Positions 20,058 to 28,921 of a DNA stretch of 61,965 nt are shown here, piece after piece. The stretch covers positions 89,338-151,302 of the forward strand of contig CAZWKL010000002.1 in NCBI GenBank assembly GCA_964633875.1. The letters run 5' to 3'. The notes beneath the pieces are model-generated. The model had not been told where the DNA came from and made no database searches. It saw only the letters and a list, made by a program, of their open reading frames with translations. Origin of the DNA: an uncultured Pseudomonadales bacterium (GTDB lineage: Bacteria > Patescibacteriota > Microgenomatia > UBA1400 > PJMF01). Both the position numbers and the translations under genes were made by a program. Every line of letters begins with the position of its first letter. Position 1 is the stretch's first letter.

Positions 20058-20083
20058 GTCATGCCAAATAAAAACATGTTAAT

Positions 20084-20272
20084 ATGAAGTATATGTTAAA
20101 AACCCAGCCACATCTTCCAGAAAAACAACTTCATTCTGCGACTACTTTGCTCAAGTTGAAAGCAATTGGTGAAGCAAATAATCTCCATGGTCCAAAAGAT
20201 CTCTCTGAAAATATGGATGAGTATTTGTGGGGAAAGAAGGTATGGCAGAAAAATAGTGGTAGTAGTATTTGA
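20084..20272 (+). pseudogene. Orphan VapB-type antitoxin remnant
   Basis: C-terminal GPKDLSENMDEYLWG resembles the DLS..D.YLYG tail of PIN-associated antitoxins; overlaps a toxin-like start. Confidence 0.45.
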
Positions 20273-20318
20273 TAAGTTTTATAGCCAGCAAGGTTTTACT
20301 CTGGTTTCAGAATTGTAA
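20242..20318 (+). pseudogene. Collapsed PIN/VapC toxin remnant (MAEK-frameshift-IVVVVFDKFYSQQGFTLVSEL*)
   Basis: ATG at 20242; the shifted frame 20253-20318 gives a VapC-like C-terminal FD..Y...GF.L motif; the middle of the gene is absent. Confidence 0.4.
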
Positions 20319-20391
20319 GGGCCTGTAGCTCAGTTGGTAGAGCGCACGATTCGCATTCGTGAGGTCAGGGGTTCGACTCCCCTCAGGTCCA
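20319..20391 (+). tRNA. tRNA-Ala(CGC)
   Basis: Cloverleaf with GGGCCTG/CAGGTCC and G3:U70, anticodon stem CACGA/TCGTG, loop TTCGCAT, TTCGACT T-loop; CCA not encoded. Confidence 0.95.
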
Positions 20392-20395
20392 CGGC

Positions 20396-20460
20396 GGATT
20401 TTTTACCTGTTTCTCACTGCGCGGCTGTCGCAAGCTTCGTTCGAAACATATAAAAAATCC
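20396..20460. repeat. 65-bp palindromic REP/MITE-like element
   Basis: Terminal inverted repeats GGATTTTTTA/TAAAAAATCC plus TGTTTC/GAAACA, enclosing a GCTGTCGCAAGC core. Confidence 0.45.
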
Positions 20461-20478
20461 AACATTAAATTTGAAATA

Positions 20479-20505
20479 AACTTTGTTGCTGTTGCAAGCA
20501 AAGTT
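20479..20505. terminator. Hairpin between the tRNA and the convergent peptidase gene
   Basis: AACTTTG-TTGC-TGTT-GCAA-G-CAAAGTT. Confidence 0.5.
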
Positions 20506-20508
20506 CGC

Positions 20509-21579
20509 TTAAGTTAATTCTTTTACTTTTTTTCCCAGCAAAACCGTGTTTTCATGCCGATAACCAAACTCGCCAGGCAAATAAATGCCTGGCTCAATCG
20601 TTAAAACCATGCCAGGTTGGAGCGGGGTGTCGTTCAGCCAACTCAAAGAAGGCTGTTCATGGATAGCCAAGCCCAACCCATGTCCGGTGGTGTGAATAAA
20701 ATTTGAGCCGTAACCCTGGCCAGCGATGTAATTGCGCACCTCCCAGTCGAGGTCTTTGGCGCTCAGGCCACCGCCGCCACCCAAATCGCCCAGCTTTTCC
20801 AAGGCCACTTGATAGGCCGCCTGCACCACCTCCTCAACTTCAACAAATTTTTCAGCCGGCCGATTGCCAAACCAAAAAGTCCGAGTCATATCACTGCAGT
20901 AGCCTTGGTAAGCAGCGCCGACATCAGTCAGGACCGGCAGGTTCTTCTTCAGTTGAGCGCCGGTAGGCTGGTGATGGGGCAGCGCTGTGTGTTCTCCAAA
21001 AGCCACAATAGTAGGAAAAGCCGGCCTCTCAGACCCGAGCGCTCGCAAACTTTCCTCCAGCATTTGCTTCACTTCCAGTTCAGTTATGCCCGGTTTCAGC
21101 CGCGCCGTCACTTGCTTCAGGGCCGCTGTAGCAATTTGGCAGGCTTTTTGGATTGAAGCAATCTCATCAGCGGTTTTCACCGACCGCAAGCTCCAGACAA
21201 TATCTCTATCCAGGCCGGTAATTTTCAGCCCTCCAAGCTCCCGCACCGCTTCAAACTCGCTCACAAAAAGGGTGTTTTTATCGATCTTCAATTCCTGAAT
21301 TCGCTCTCTACCAATAATTTGCTGCAGCTTTTTCTTCAAGGCTTCCGGATAGCAGCCGGGGACAGCCTCAATCCGGGCATGAGCTTTGACAGGAGAAAAA
21401 TTGGCATGGAGCAAAGTGGCGGATTTTCGGGTCACTAATAATAGCGCCTCGCGCTCTTCAGGCACTAAAATTTCAAAATGGGAAAAATAACGGATATCAC
21501 CGGCATTACTCAACAATAGGGCTGTCTTGGCGGGAATTTTGGCTTGCAGTTTTTCCAATTGGTGCATCTTTGAGACCAT
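20509..21579 (-). CDS. M24 family aminopeptidase P / Xaa-Pro peptidase
   Basis: RSVKTADEI, LPHH, DVGA..GYCSDMTRT, HTTGHGLG, TIEPGIY, GYRHEN. Confidence 0.93.
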   Translation of the reverse strand: MVSKMHQLEKLQAKIPAKTALLLSNAGDIRYFSHFEILVPEEREALLLVTRKSATLLHANFSPVKAHARIEAVPGCYPEALKKKLQQIIGRERIQELKIDKNTLFVSEFEAVRELGGLKITGLDRDIVWSLRSVKTADEIASIQKACQIATAALKQVTARLKPGITELEVKQMLEESLRALGSERPAFPTIVAFGEHTALPHHQPTGAQLKKNLPVLTDVGAAYQGYCSDMTRTFWFGNRPAEKFVEVEEVVQAAYQVALEKLGDLGGGGGLSAKDLDWEVRNYIAGQGYGSNFIHTTGHGLGLAIHEQPSLSWLNDTPLQPGMVLTIEPGIYLPGEFGYRHENTVLLGKKVKELT

Positions 21580-21586
21580 CTTGAAA

Positions 21587-22321
21587 CTAGAGCTCATTGT
21601 CAGAGTCTGATTTGAGTGGCGCCAGCGATTTGATAGTGCTGGCCCTGGCGTTGCCGGTCTCATTTTCAAAACCAACTATAAGAATGGTCATATCAACATC
21701 AAAACCGCTCCAGAGAGCTTCATTGCCTTGAAAATCTTGCAGTTCTGTGGTGGTGGCTACGGTTATTTCACGCTCGCCACTGCCATCGCGCGGGCTGATG
21801 GTCACAGAGTTTCTGGTAATTTCAGTAATTGTGCCTAAAACCACCACCTGAGGATCAGTGCGCAGAGACTCCGAGGAAACAACAATAAACTCCGGAGTGA
21901 TGGTTTTATCATTAACCGTCCCCATGATGGTCACCCAGTTATCAACGGCGATTTCATCTACCTTAATGGCTTGACCATCTTTCATCAGCAGCGCGTTAGC
22001 CAGAGGGAAAATTTGCTGACCATCGTTGTGGCGGATGGTGAGCGCCTCATCAGTAATACGTTGCACCTCGCCGATCATGGCCTTTTTGCCGCCGTCGGTT
22101 ACGCCCCTGACCTTGGTAGCTGTTTCTTTGACTAATTCTTTGATGTTGTTGGTGACGGTTTCGTCAACTTCTTCGTTGTTTTCGTTTGAGGAAGCTGAGG
22201 CCGTGGAGCTAAACAAGATTTGCGCCGTTACCCGCTGCTGAATCAGGGTGGCAGTCAAGGTAGTAAGGATGAAAAAAACCAGTAAAATCAGAGTAAGATA
22301 GAATGTTGATAATTTAATCAT
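21587..22321 (-). CDS. Hypothetical membrane-anchored protein with repeated beta-rich (OB-like) modules
   Basis: N-terminal TM helix; two G.V..I....TI beta repeats. Confidence 0.65.
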   Translation of the reverse strand: MIKLSTFYLTLILLVFFILTTLTATLIQQRVTAQILFSSTASASSNENNEEVDETVTNNIKELVKETATKVRGVTDGGKKAMIGEVQRITDEALTIRHNDGQQIFPLANALLMKDGQAIKVDEIAVDNWVTIMGTVNDKTITPEFIVVSSESLRTDPQVVVLGTITEITRNSVTISPRDGSGEREITVATTTELQDFQGNEALWSGFDVDMTILIVGFENETGNARASTIKSLAPLKSDSDNEL

Positions 22322-22332
22322 GAGTTTGCCTC

Positions 22333-22809
22333 CTAGTTGTCCGGGCTAGTTTCGCCAGTTTCCGAAGCCGAATTTTGTTGCTCATACATATCTGTGACCA
22401 CAACAATTCTTTCTTCCTTGGCAGTTTCACCCGAATCATTGACTACGTAAATATTGAGAACATTAGTGCCATTTTTGAGATTGGCGTTAAAAGTAAAGTT
22501 GCCCGAATTATCACTGACCATGATCTGATCATCTTCATTAACAAAAATAACGACGTTGGCATTGGGGATAGTAGTGCCAGTAACTGTAGTAGTATTGCCG
22601 GTTTGAATAGCGCCTGCCTGAGGCGTGTGCACCGACAACACTGTGGCCACGGCTGCGGACTCAAGCTCGCCGTTGGTCAACTCGAGTACATCTGCCACAT
22701 CGGTGATGGGAGGCTGACTGAGCGAATTCTGCACCCGATAAATACCATAGGTAATTACCAGCCCCATGCTCAGACCAATCAAAACCGCTACAAGCACTTC
22801 TTTTTTCAT
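22333..22809 (-). CDS. Membrane-anchored Ig-like domain protein
   Basis: TM helix, then V.G.T.PNA.V..F...D.SGNFTF...L..G.N pattern. Confidence 0.7.
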   Translation of the reverse strand: MKKEVLVAVLIGLSMGLVITYGIYRVQNSLSQPPITDVADVLELTNGELESAAVATVLSVHTPQAGAIQTGNTTTVTGTTIPNANVVIFVNEDDQIMVSDNSGNFTFNANLKNGTNVLNIYVVNDSGETAKEERIVVVTDMYEQQNSASETGETSPDN

Positions 22810-22913
22810 ACTGAGTGTTCATTATAACCCATGACGCAAGCGCCTGCTGAACAATGTTGCGTCAAATGATATAGTATGAGATAACTGAAATTCAATCAAA
22901 CGAAGGAGCATCA

Positions 22914-23573
22914 ATGCTGATTACTTATCACGGCCACTCAATGTTTAAACTCAAAGGCAAGAGAGGGACGGTGGTGACTGATCCATTTGGCGATTATATC
23001 GGCTTTAATATGCCGAGAGTGAGCGGCGATATTGTGACGGTCTCGCATCAGCATTCCGATCACAACGCCCACGACAAGATCAGCGGCACTGCCAGGAGGA
23101 AAAATCCGTTTATTATTGATCAGCCGGGCGAGTATGAAGTGGGGGGTATCTCGGTTTTTGGCACCAAAACTTATCATGACAGCGCCGAAGGGGCAGAGCG
23201 GGGAGAAAATATTGCTTTTACCATTTTAATTGACGGCATGAGAGTCTGTCATTTGGGAGATTTGGGGCACGAGCTTACTTCCAAGCAGCTGGAAGAAATT
23301 GGCTCGGTTGATGTTTTGTTGGTTCCGGTTGGTGGCACTTTCACTATTGGTCCTGAGTTGGCGGTCAAGACTATTCGCACCCTGGAGCCGAGTATCGCCA
23401 TTCCAATGCATTACAAAACGCCCGATCATGACGAGAAAATTTTTGGTGACGTCAAATCTCTTGAAGAATTTACCAAAGAGTACGGTTTGGAGCCCAAGCC
23501 GGAAGCTAAACTAGATTTAACTCGCAGCCGGCTGGGTGAAGAAACCGAGCTGGTAGTCTTGAGGGCAACCTAA
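22914..23573 (+). CDS. MBL-fold metallo-hydrolase
   Basis: YHGHSMF, TDP, SHQHSDH, HLGDLGH, PMHY. Confidence 0.9.
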   Translation: MLITYHGHSMFKLKGKRGTVVTDPFGDYIGFNMPRVSGDIVTVSHQHSDHNAHDKISGTARRKNPFIIDQPGEYEVGGISVFGTKTYHDSAEGAERGENIAFTILIDGMRVCHLGDLGHELTSKQLEEIGSVDVLLVPVGGTFTIGPELAVKTIRTLEPSIAIPMHYKTPDHDEKIFGDVKSLEEFTKEYGLEPKPEAKLDLTRSRLGEETELVVLRAT

Positions 23574-23606
23574 AGATATTAGGTAGCCCAACAATGCAGG
23601 AGAAAT

Positions 23607-24950
23607 ATGGCTGAAAACAACAAAAAAGGCAGAGTACCTCCGCACAATCTGGACGCTGAACGCTCGGTTTTGAGCGCTATTTTGATTGATCCTGACGCTA
23701 TTGTTAAAATTGCCGACCTCATCAGCCCGGCGGCTTTTTATGATCCTGCCAATCAAGGTATTTATGAAGCCATGCAAAAGCTTTACGATGACCGGCAGCC
23801 GATTGATGTGGTCACTCTCACCGATCAACTCCGAAAGATGAAGCAACTGACCAAAGCCGGCGGCACCGCCGCTATTGCCGAGCTTTCCAACGCCGCCTCC
23901 ACTTCGGCCAACATTGTTTATTATGCCAAGTTGGTGGCGGACGCTTACGTCAAAAGGCGGATTATCAGTTTGAGTGGAGAACTAACTGAATTGGCTTTTG
24001 ATCCCGGCAAAGAGCTGGAAGAAGTGATGGATACGGCCGAACAGAAGGTTTATTCGCTTTCTTCAACCAGAAATAGTCGGGCGTTTATCCCGATTAAAGA
24101 CACTTTGGTAGAAAGTTTTGAAAGATTGGACGAGCTACAGCGAAGCGACGGCGAGCTGAGAGGCTTGCCGACCGGTTTTGCGGATTTAGACCACATGTTG
24201 GCTGGTTTCCAGAAATCTAACCTGATTATTTTAGCCGCCAGGCCAGGGACAGGAAAAACTGCTTTTGCTTTAAATATGGCTCAGCATATGTGTGTGGCCG
24301 TCAAAAAAAGAGTGGGCTTTTTCTCTTTAGAAATGAGCCGGGAAGAGCTGGTGGATCGCTTGTTGGTGGCACAGGCTGATATTGACGCCTGGAAACTCAA
24401 AACAGGCAAGCTCAATCAGCAGGATTTTATGAAGCTTTCCGACGCCATGGGTGTGCTGGCTGATGCTAATATTTTTGTCGATGACACACCTGGTATGAGC
24501 ATTTTTGAGATGCGCACTCGCGCCAGAAGGTTGATGACCGAATTTCACATTGACCTGCTCATTGTTGACTATCTCCAGTTGGCTCAAGGCAGGACTAAGG
24601 ACAATCGGGTGCAAGAGGTGGCGGAAATTTCGCAGGGTTTGAAAAATATTGCCAGGGAGTTGAAGATTCCGGTTTTGGGGATTTCACAGCTGAACCGGTC
24701 GGTGGAGAGCAGGACGGAAAAATCACCGCAGCTTTCTGATTTGCGGGAATCGGGCTCGATTGAGCAGGATGCTGATGTGGTGATGTTCCTTTACCGCAAA
24801 GATGATGATGTGCGTGAAGCGGTGACTTTGAAGATTGCTAAGCACAGGAACGGTGGGGTTGGTGAGATTGATCTCTACTTTAGAGGTGACAGAATTAAGT
24901 TTTACGGTATGGAACGCCGGCAAGAGAGTGGGATCTTGGCCGCTGCTTAA
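23607..24950 (+). CDS. dnaB: Replicative DNA helicase
   Basis: PPHNLDAE, AARPGTGKT, FSLEMS, VDYLQL, SQLNR, LRESGSIEQDAD, KHRNG. Confidence 0.97.
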   Translation: MAENNKKGRVPPHNLDAERSVLSAILIDPDAIVKIADLISPAAFYDPANQGIYEAMQKLYDDRQPIDVVTLTDQLRKMKQLTKAGGTAAIAELSNAASTSANIVYYAKLVADAYVKRRIISLSGELTELAFDPGKELEEVMDTAEQKVYSLSSTRNSRAFIPIKDTLVESFERLDELQRSDGELRGLPTGFADLDHMLAGFQKSNLIILAARPGTGKTAFALNMAQHMCVAVKKRVGFFSLEMSREELVDRLLVAQADIDAWKLKTGKLNQQDFMKLSDAMGVLADANIFVDDTPGMSIFEMRTRARRLMTEFHIDLLIVDYLQLAQGRTKDNRVQEVAEISQGLKNIARELKIPVLGISQLNRSVESRTEKSPQLSDLRESGSIEQDADVVMFLYRKDDDVREAVTLKIAKHRNGGVGEIDLYFRGDRIKFYGMERRQESGILAAA

Positions 24951-24955
24951 AGGCG

Positions 24956-25192
24956 CTAAACCCCAGGCATGTAGCCAAACAAAAGATAAACCAAACCTCC
25001 GGAAAGAACGAAAAACAAGAGTAGGAAACCCAAGTTGGACTTGAGGTTCCTGAGGGATTTTTGTGGATCGGGTGTGTCTGAGCTGATAATAATGACCGCA
25101 GCCACCACAAACCAAAACAGACCGCGGAAAACCACGGACCAGATACTGTTGACGTTCAAAATTGAGTCCAAAATGTTGGCGGCAATTTCCAT
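24956..25192 (-). CDS. Small two-TM membrane protein (78 aa)
   Basis: Start placed at MEIAAN; two hydrophobic helices; the upstream extension in the track runs antisense into the tRNA. Confidence 0.6.
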   Translation of the reverse strand: MEIAANILDSILNVNSIWSVVFRGLFWFVVAAVIIISSDTPDPQKSLRNLKSNLGFLLLFFVLSGGLVYLLFGYMPGV

Positions 25193-25260
25193 ACTTCTAC
25201 TATGCGTGAAAAAAATGAAAATATCAAGGTCGTGGTGTATAATTGAATTCTTCAAATAGT

Positions 25261-25346
25261 GCCGCGGTGGCGGAATAGGCAGACGCGCGAGACTCAAAAT
25301 CTCGTTCTCTTTACCGGGAGTGTGGGTTCGATTCCCACCCGCGGCA
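25261..25346 (+). tRNA. tRNA-Leu(CAA)
   Basis: GCCGCGG/CCGCGGC acceptor, CGAGA-CTCAAAA-TCTCG anticodon arm, long variable arm, TTCGATT T-loop. Confidence 0.95.
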
Positions 25347-25363
25347 CAACAACTTACCGCAAA

Positions 25364-25810
25364 TTACCTCAAAAACCAGATCGCCACCACTAAAATTACC
25401 TGAGGAACCAGGCCCAGAGTCATATTGGGAATGGAGTTATGAAAAAATTGGTGAAAATTATTAATCGGTTTGAGAAATGCCGGTTCCCAGCGCAGAAAAT
25501 TCCTTGGCGCTTCCAGCAAATCCGGGACAATGCCCATTAAAGCGCCCAGCCAAACATGATATTGAATCTCGGCTTTACCGCTTTGAAAAAACAGCCAAAT
25601 CAGGCCAATAGCGATGCTCAGCTCAACCAACTCCAACATAATGGCAGTAGAGCGCTTGCGCGTGCCGTTGGACAAACCGGTACCCACGTCCCAGTGAGGC
25701 ACCCAATCCTGAAGATAGTGCATGGCTAGAGTGGTGGGAACATAGACTGCCGGATGTGGAAAAGTGCTGGCTACCAGCGCCCCCGTCAGCATATGAGGAA
25801 TTGATAACAT
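25364..25810 (-). CDS. Membrane protein, putative metal-dependent hydrolase-like
   Basis: HMLTG..H..D.VPHWD..PD..H.FFH pattern with TM helices. Confidence 0.6.
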   Translation of the reverse strand: MLSIPHMLTGALVASTFPHPAVYVPTTLAMHYLQDWVPHWDVGTGLSNGTRKRSTAIMLELVELSIAIGLIWLFFQSGKAEIQYHVWLGALMGIVPDLLEAPRNFLRWEPAFLKPINNFHQFFHNSIPNMTLGLVPQVILVVAIWFLR

Positions 25811-25957
25811 ATAGCGAGGCTAAGTATAGCAGAATATCAAAAAAGCGTGAATCGGGTGCTGGGCTGCAGCCAAACCAAGCGCCATAACCAGGTGCCAGAA
25901 CCGCGCGTGGAGTTACCATCATCAACAGTGTAGAATACTCAATATAGAAAGGCAGCA

Positions 25958-26821
25958 GTGTTTCCGATTTTATTTTCATACGGCCCGGTGACCATCAAAA
26001 CCATGAGCTTTTTTATGGTTTTGGCATTTCTGGCCAGCGCCTTTATTTTTTGGAAGCGCGGTCGGGAAGAGCATTATCGGGAAGATCAGTTGTTTGACGG
26101 CTTCCTGATGGCAACGGTTTTTGGCTTGTTGGCAGCTCGAGCCGGTTACGTAATTTTCAATTTTGCCACTTTTGGTTTTTCTATCATTCGCTGGGTGGAT
26201 TTTTTGAGTTATCCGGGCTTGAGCGGGCTTTTTGGCTTAATTGCCGGTGGTTGGTATCTTTACCGCTATGCCGGCAAGAACCGTTGGGATGGTTATGAAA
26301 TTTTGGATTTTTGGGCCATTGCCGCGACTACGGGTTTGATTTTTACCTCTGTGGGAGCATTTTTTGATGGCAGCGGTTATGGCTATGCCACTAGCTTGCC
26401 GGTGGGGGTGACTTTTCCTAGTTTGATTGAGCCGCATCATCCGGTTCAACTATATTTCTTTCTTTTCTATCTGGTTTTATGTTTTTATCTTTTTTGGGCA
26501 GAGTATCATTACCGGACTTTTGAATGGTATCGCTACGGCAAAAAAACTGCTCAAACCGGGTTTTTGATTTCCACTTTCATCATTGTTGCCGGTTTGGCGA
26601 ACTTCATTTTTGCTTTCTTCAAACCGCCGACGCTCACCCTTTACGGTATCAATCTGGATATGATTGTTTCTTTAGCAGCTTTTGTGGCGGGAGTAATGTT
26701 GCTTTATGTTAGGTCAGGTAGAGTGCTGCCTTTTTCAGCAGGTAGCAAAAAGAAAAGAGCTCGCCTGAGGCAGTTTCAGCAAGCAGAAAAACAGCCGGTA
26801 ACTCAGCCCGACTCATTTTAA
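25958..26821 (+). CDS. lgt: Prolipoprotein diacylglyceryl transferase
   Basis: MFPILF..GP start, AR..YV, G...GG, G.F..G..YG, HPVQLY; adjacent to lspA. Confidence 0.8.
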   Translation: MFPILFSYGPVTIKTMSFFMVLAFLASAFIFWKRGREEHYREDQLFDGFLMATVFGLLAARAGYVIFNFATFGFSIIRWVDFLSYPGLSGLFGLIAGGWYLYRYAGKNRWDGYEILDFWAIAATTGLIFTSVGAFFDGSGYGYATSLPVGVTFPSLIEPHHPVQLYFFLFYLVLCFYLFWAEYHYRTFEWYRYGKKTAQTGFLISTFIIVAGLANFIFAFFKPPTLTLYGINLDMIVSLAAFVAGVMLLYVRSGRVLPFSAGSKKKRARLRQFQQAEKQPVTQPDSF

Positions 26822-26833
26822 GTCTGCAAACTT

Positions 26834-27238
26834 ATGCGAAGATTAATCATCTTTTTTTCAAGCACTGTGGTTTTGGATCAACTTTCCAAATACCTAACAG
26901 CTGGATTTGGTCACAGAGTTTATCTGAATCCTGGAATCTCTTTTGCTTGGCTGGCTAATGAAGCCCAGGCAATAGTAATTTTGCTGACTTTTGGCCTTAT
27001 TGTGTTTTTGAGCCTGAAATATGGCTACTTTTGGGCTAAACATCCGGTAGCTGCCGGCTTATTTTTCGGTGGGGCCTTTTCTAATTTGATTGACAGACTG
27101 ATTTTGGGCGGAGTACGAGATTGGATTCCGGTGCCGTTTTTACCGTTTCAGAACAATTTGGCTGATTTGGCAATTTTTGCCAGTTTAATCATGATGATTT
27201 GGTATTTGTATCAGGGAGGGGAAAATGAAGAGTTTTGA
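26834..27238 (+). CDS. lspA: Lipoprotein signal peptidase II
   Basis: DQLSK, NPGISF, GGAFSNLIDR, VRDW, NLAD. Confidence 0.9.
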   Translation: MRRLIIFFSSTVVLDQLSKYLTAGFGHRVYLNPGISFAWLANEAQAIVILLTFGLIVFLSLKYGYFWAKHPVAAGLFFGGAFSNLIDRLILGGVRDWIPVPFLPFQNNLADLAIFASLIMMIWYLYQGGENEEF

Positions 27239-28079
27239 TTTGCCGGTTTTATACGAAGATGAAGATTTGTTGGTGATAAATAAGCCGGCCGGAGTAGTGG
27301 TCAATCGGGCAGACACTTATCAGGGCTGGACGGTGCAAGATTGGTTGGAGGAGAGGTTTGGGGATGGGGGGGAGAGCGGAGAGGTTAGTGAGCAGGCAGC
27401 AGCTCGGGATTGGGAGAAGCTGGTGCCTGAAGATTTTAATGCTCAATACGGCAGTCCTGAGGAAATTTTTAAAAACAGATTGGGTATGGTACACCGGTTG
27501 GATAAAGACACTAGTGGGGTATTGTTGTTGGCTAAAAATCCCGGTGCTTTAGTTAATTTGTTGGCTCAGTTTAAAAACCGCCAGGTACAGAAAAAGTATT
27601 TGTGCCTGGTTCATGGGAAGTTTATGCTTGAGCGTGGGGTGGTGCTGTTGCCGGTGGGCCGCCGGCCGGACAACCGCCGGTTGTTTGGCGTCGTACCCGG
27701 CGGCCGGCCGGCGGCAACAGAGTACCAAGTTCTCAAGTACTACCCTCACTTCAATGAAGACCTGCTGCCGGAAGCCGCCAGCCAAAACCGGCGCCTGAGC
27801 TTGTACCAAGGTTTCAGTTTGGTGGAGTGTCTGCCAAAAACCGGCCGGACCCACCAAATCAGAGTTCACCTGCAGCACCTGCAACACCCAATCGTGGGTG
27901 ACAGTGTTTATGTAGGCAAAAAACGCGCCAAGCTTGATGCCCTTTGGTGTCCCAGACAATTTTTGCATGCCAGCAGTCTTACTTTCACCCACCCTCGCTC
28001 CCAGAAACAGCTCACTGTTCAAGCCGAACTGCTGCCGGATCTCAAAGACGTCTTGAAGTTTGTTTCTGAATCAGCGTAG
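27225..28079 (+). CDS. RluA/RluD family pseudouridine synthase
   Basis: NKPAGVVV, HRLDKDTSG, TGRTHQIRVH, GDSVY, LHA. Confidence 0.95.
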   Translation: MKSFDLPVLYEDEDLLVINKPAGVVVNRADTYQGWTVQDWLEERFGDGGESGEVSEQAAARDWEKLVPEDFNAQYGSPEEIFKNRLGMVHRLDKDTSGVLLLAKNPGALVNLLAQFKNRQVQKKYLCLVHGKFMLERGVVLLPVGRRPDNRRLFGVVPGGRPAATEYQVLKYYPHFNEDLLPEAASQNRRLSLYQGFSLVECLPKTGRTHQIRVHLQHLQHPIVGDSVYVGKKRAKLDALWCPRQFLHASSLTFTHPRSQKQLTVQAELLPDLKDVLKFVSESA

Positions 28080-28089
28080 AATGGGTTCC

Positions 28090-28707
28090 ATGATGAAATT
28101 CCCAGTTACCCAATTTGATCAAGATGGCGCTACTTTCATTACCCCCACTTGGGAAGAACTGAACCAGTTGGCTTTTACAGTTGCCCAAAAAATCCTGGCC
28201 GATGGCGCTCAATTCGACAGAATTGTCACTCTGGCCAAAGGCGGTTGGCCCATGACTCGGTCATTGGTGGACTTTCTTAACGTCAGGGAAGTGGCCAGCA
28301 TTGGTATCAAGTTTTATGCCGGTATCAACAAAAGAATGAGCCGCCCGGAAATTTACCAGGATTTGCCGGTGATTGTGAAGGGAGAGAGCGTGCTGCTTTT
28401 TGACGATGTGGCCGATTCCGGAGAGTCCTTAGAATTTACTCGCCAGTACTTATTGGAGCAAGGTGTCACGGCGGTCAAATGCGCCACTTTGTTTTACAAG
28501 CCGCACTCTACGCTCAAACCGGATTATTTTGCCGATGAAACCACCGCTTGGATCATTTTTCCCTATGAAGCCCTGGAAAGTATGAAATTACTCGAAGGTA
28601 CCTGGCTCAAGCAGGGCTTGAAAAAAGCGGCCATTATTGACCGGTTTATAAAACTTGGGATTAAAGACCGCTACATCAATCATTACCAAAAACTTCATAA
28701 TCTATAG
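28090..28707 (+). CDS. Purine phosphoribosyltransferase (Gpt/Hpt-like)
   Basis: VTLAKGG, VLLFDDVADSGESL, KPDY, WIIFPYE. Confidence 0.85.
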   Translation: MMKFPVTQFDQDGATFITPTWEELNQLAFTVAQKILADGAQFDRIVTLAKGGWPMTRSLVDFLNVREVASIGIKFYAGINKRMSRPEIYQDLPVIVKGESVLLFDDVADSGESLEFTRQYLLEQGVTAVKCATLFYKPHSTLKPDYFADETTAWIIFPYEALESMKLLEGTWLKQGLKKAAIIDRFIKLGIKDRYINHYQKLHNL

Positions 28708-28709
28708 GT

Positions 28710-28781
28710 TTGACAGCCAGCAAAATATATCCTATAACAATAAAATTAGGGCTTGAAATAATTTTTGCCTTTACTTAAAAT
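28710..28781 (+). promoter_or_regulatory. Two tandem sigma70 promoters
   Basis: TTGACA-17-TATAAC (28710-28738) and TTGAAA-17-TAAAAT (28753-28781). Confidence 0.55.
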
Positions 28782-28921
28782 GCACTAATTACTAGAAGTT
28801 GGTGGAAGCGCTTTTACAGTTTTCCTCCCAAGTAACGAACCGGCCAGGTTTAGATACTCACCAGGCACGGAGAAACCAAGTGAAGAAACAGTAGGGGCGT
28901 TTTTATTTTTAGAAGGAGACT

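Noticed and set aside
19814-20060. T-box riboswitch upstream of hisS
   Set aside because: No T-box consensus (AAGGTGGTACC-like) or specifier stem; a leader-peptide attenuator fits better
10462-20082. AACATGTTAA at the start of both TA loci (10462-10471 and 20073-20082)
   Set aside because: A 10-bp AT-rich match in AT-rich promoters can arise by chance, and the antitoxin types differ
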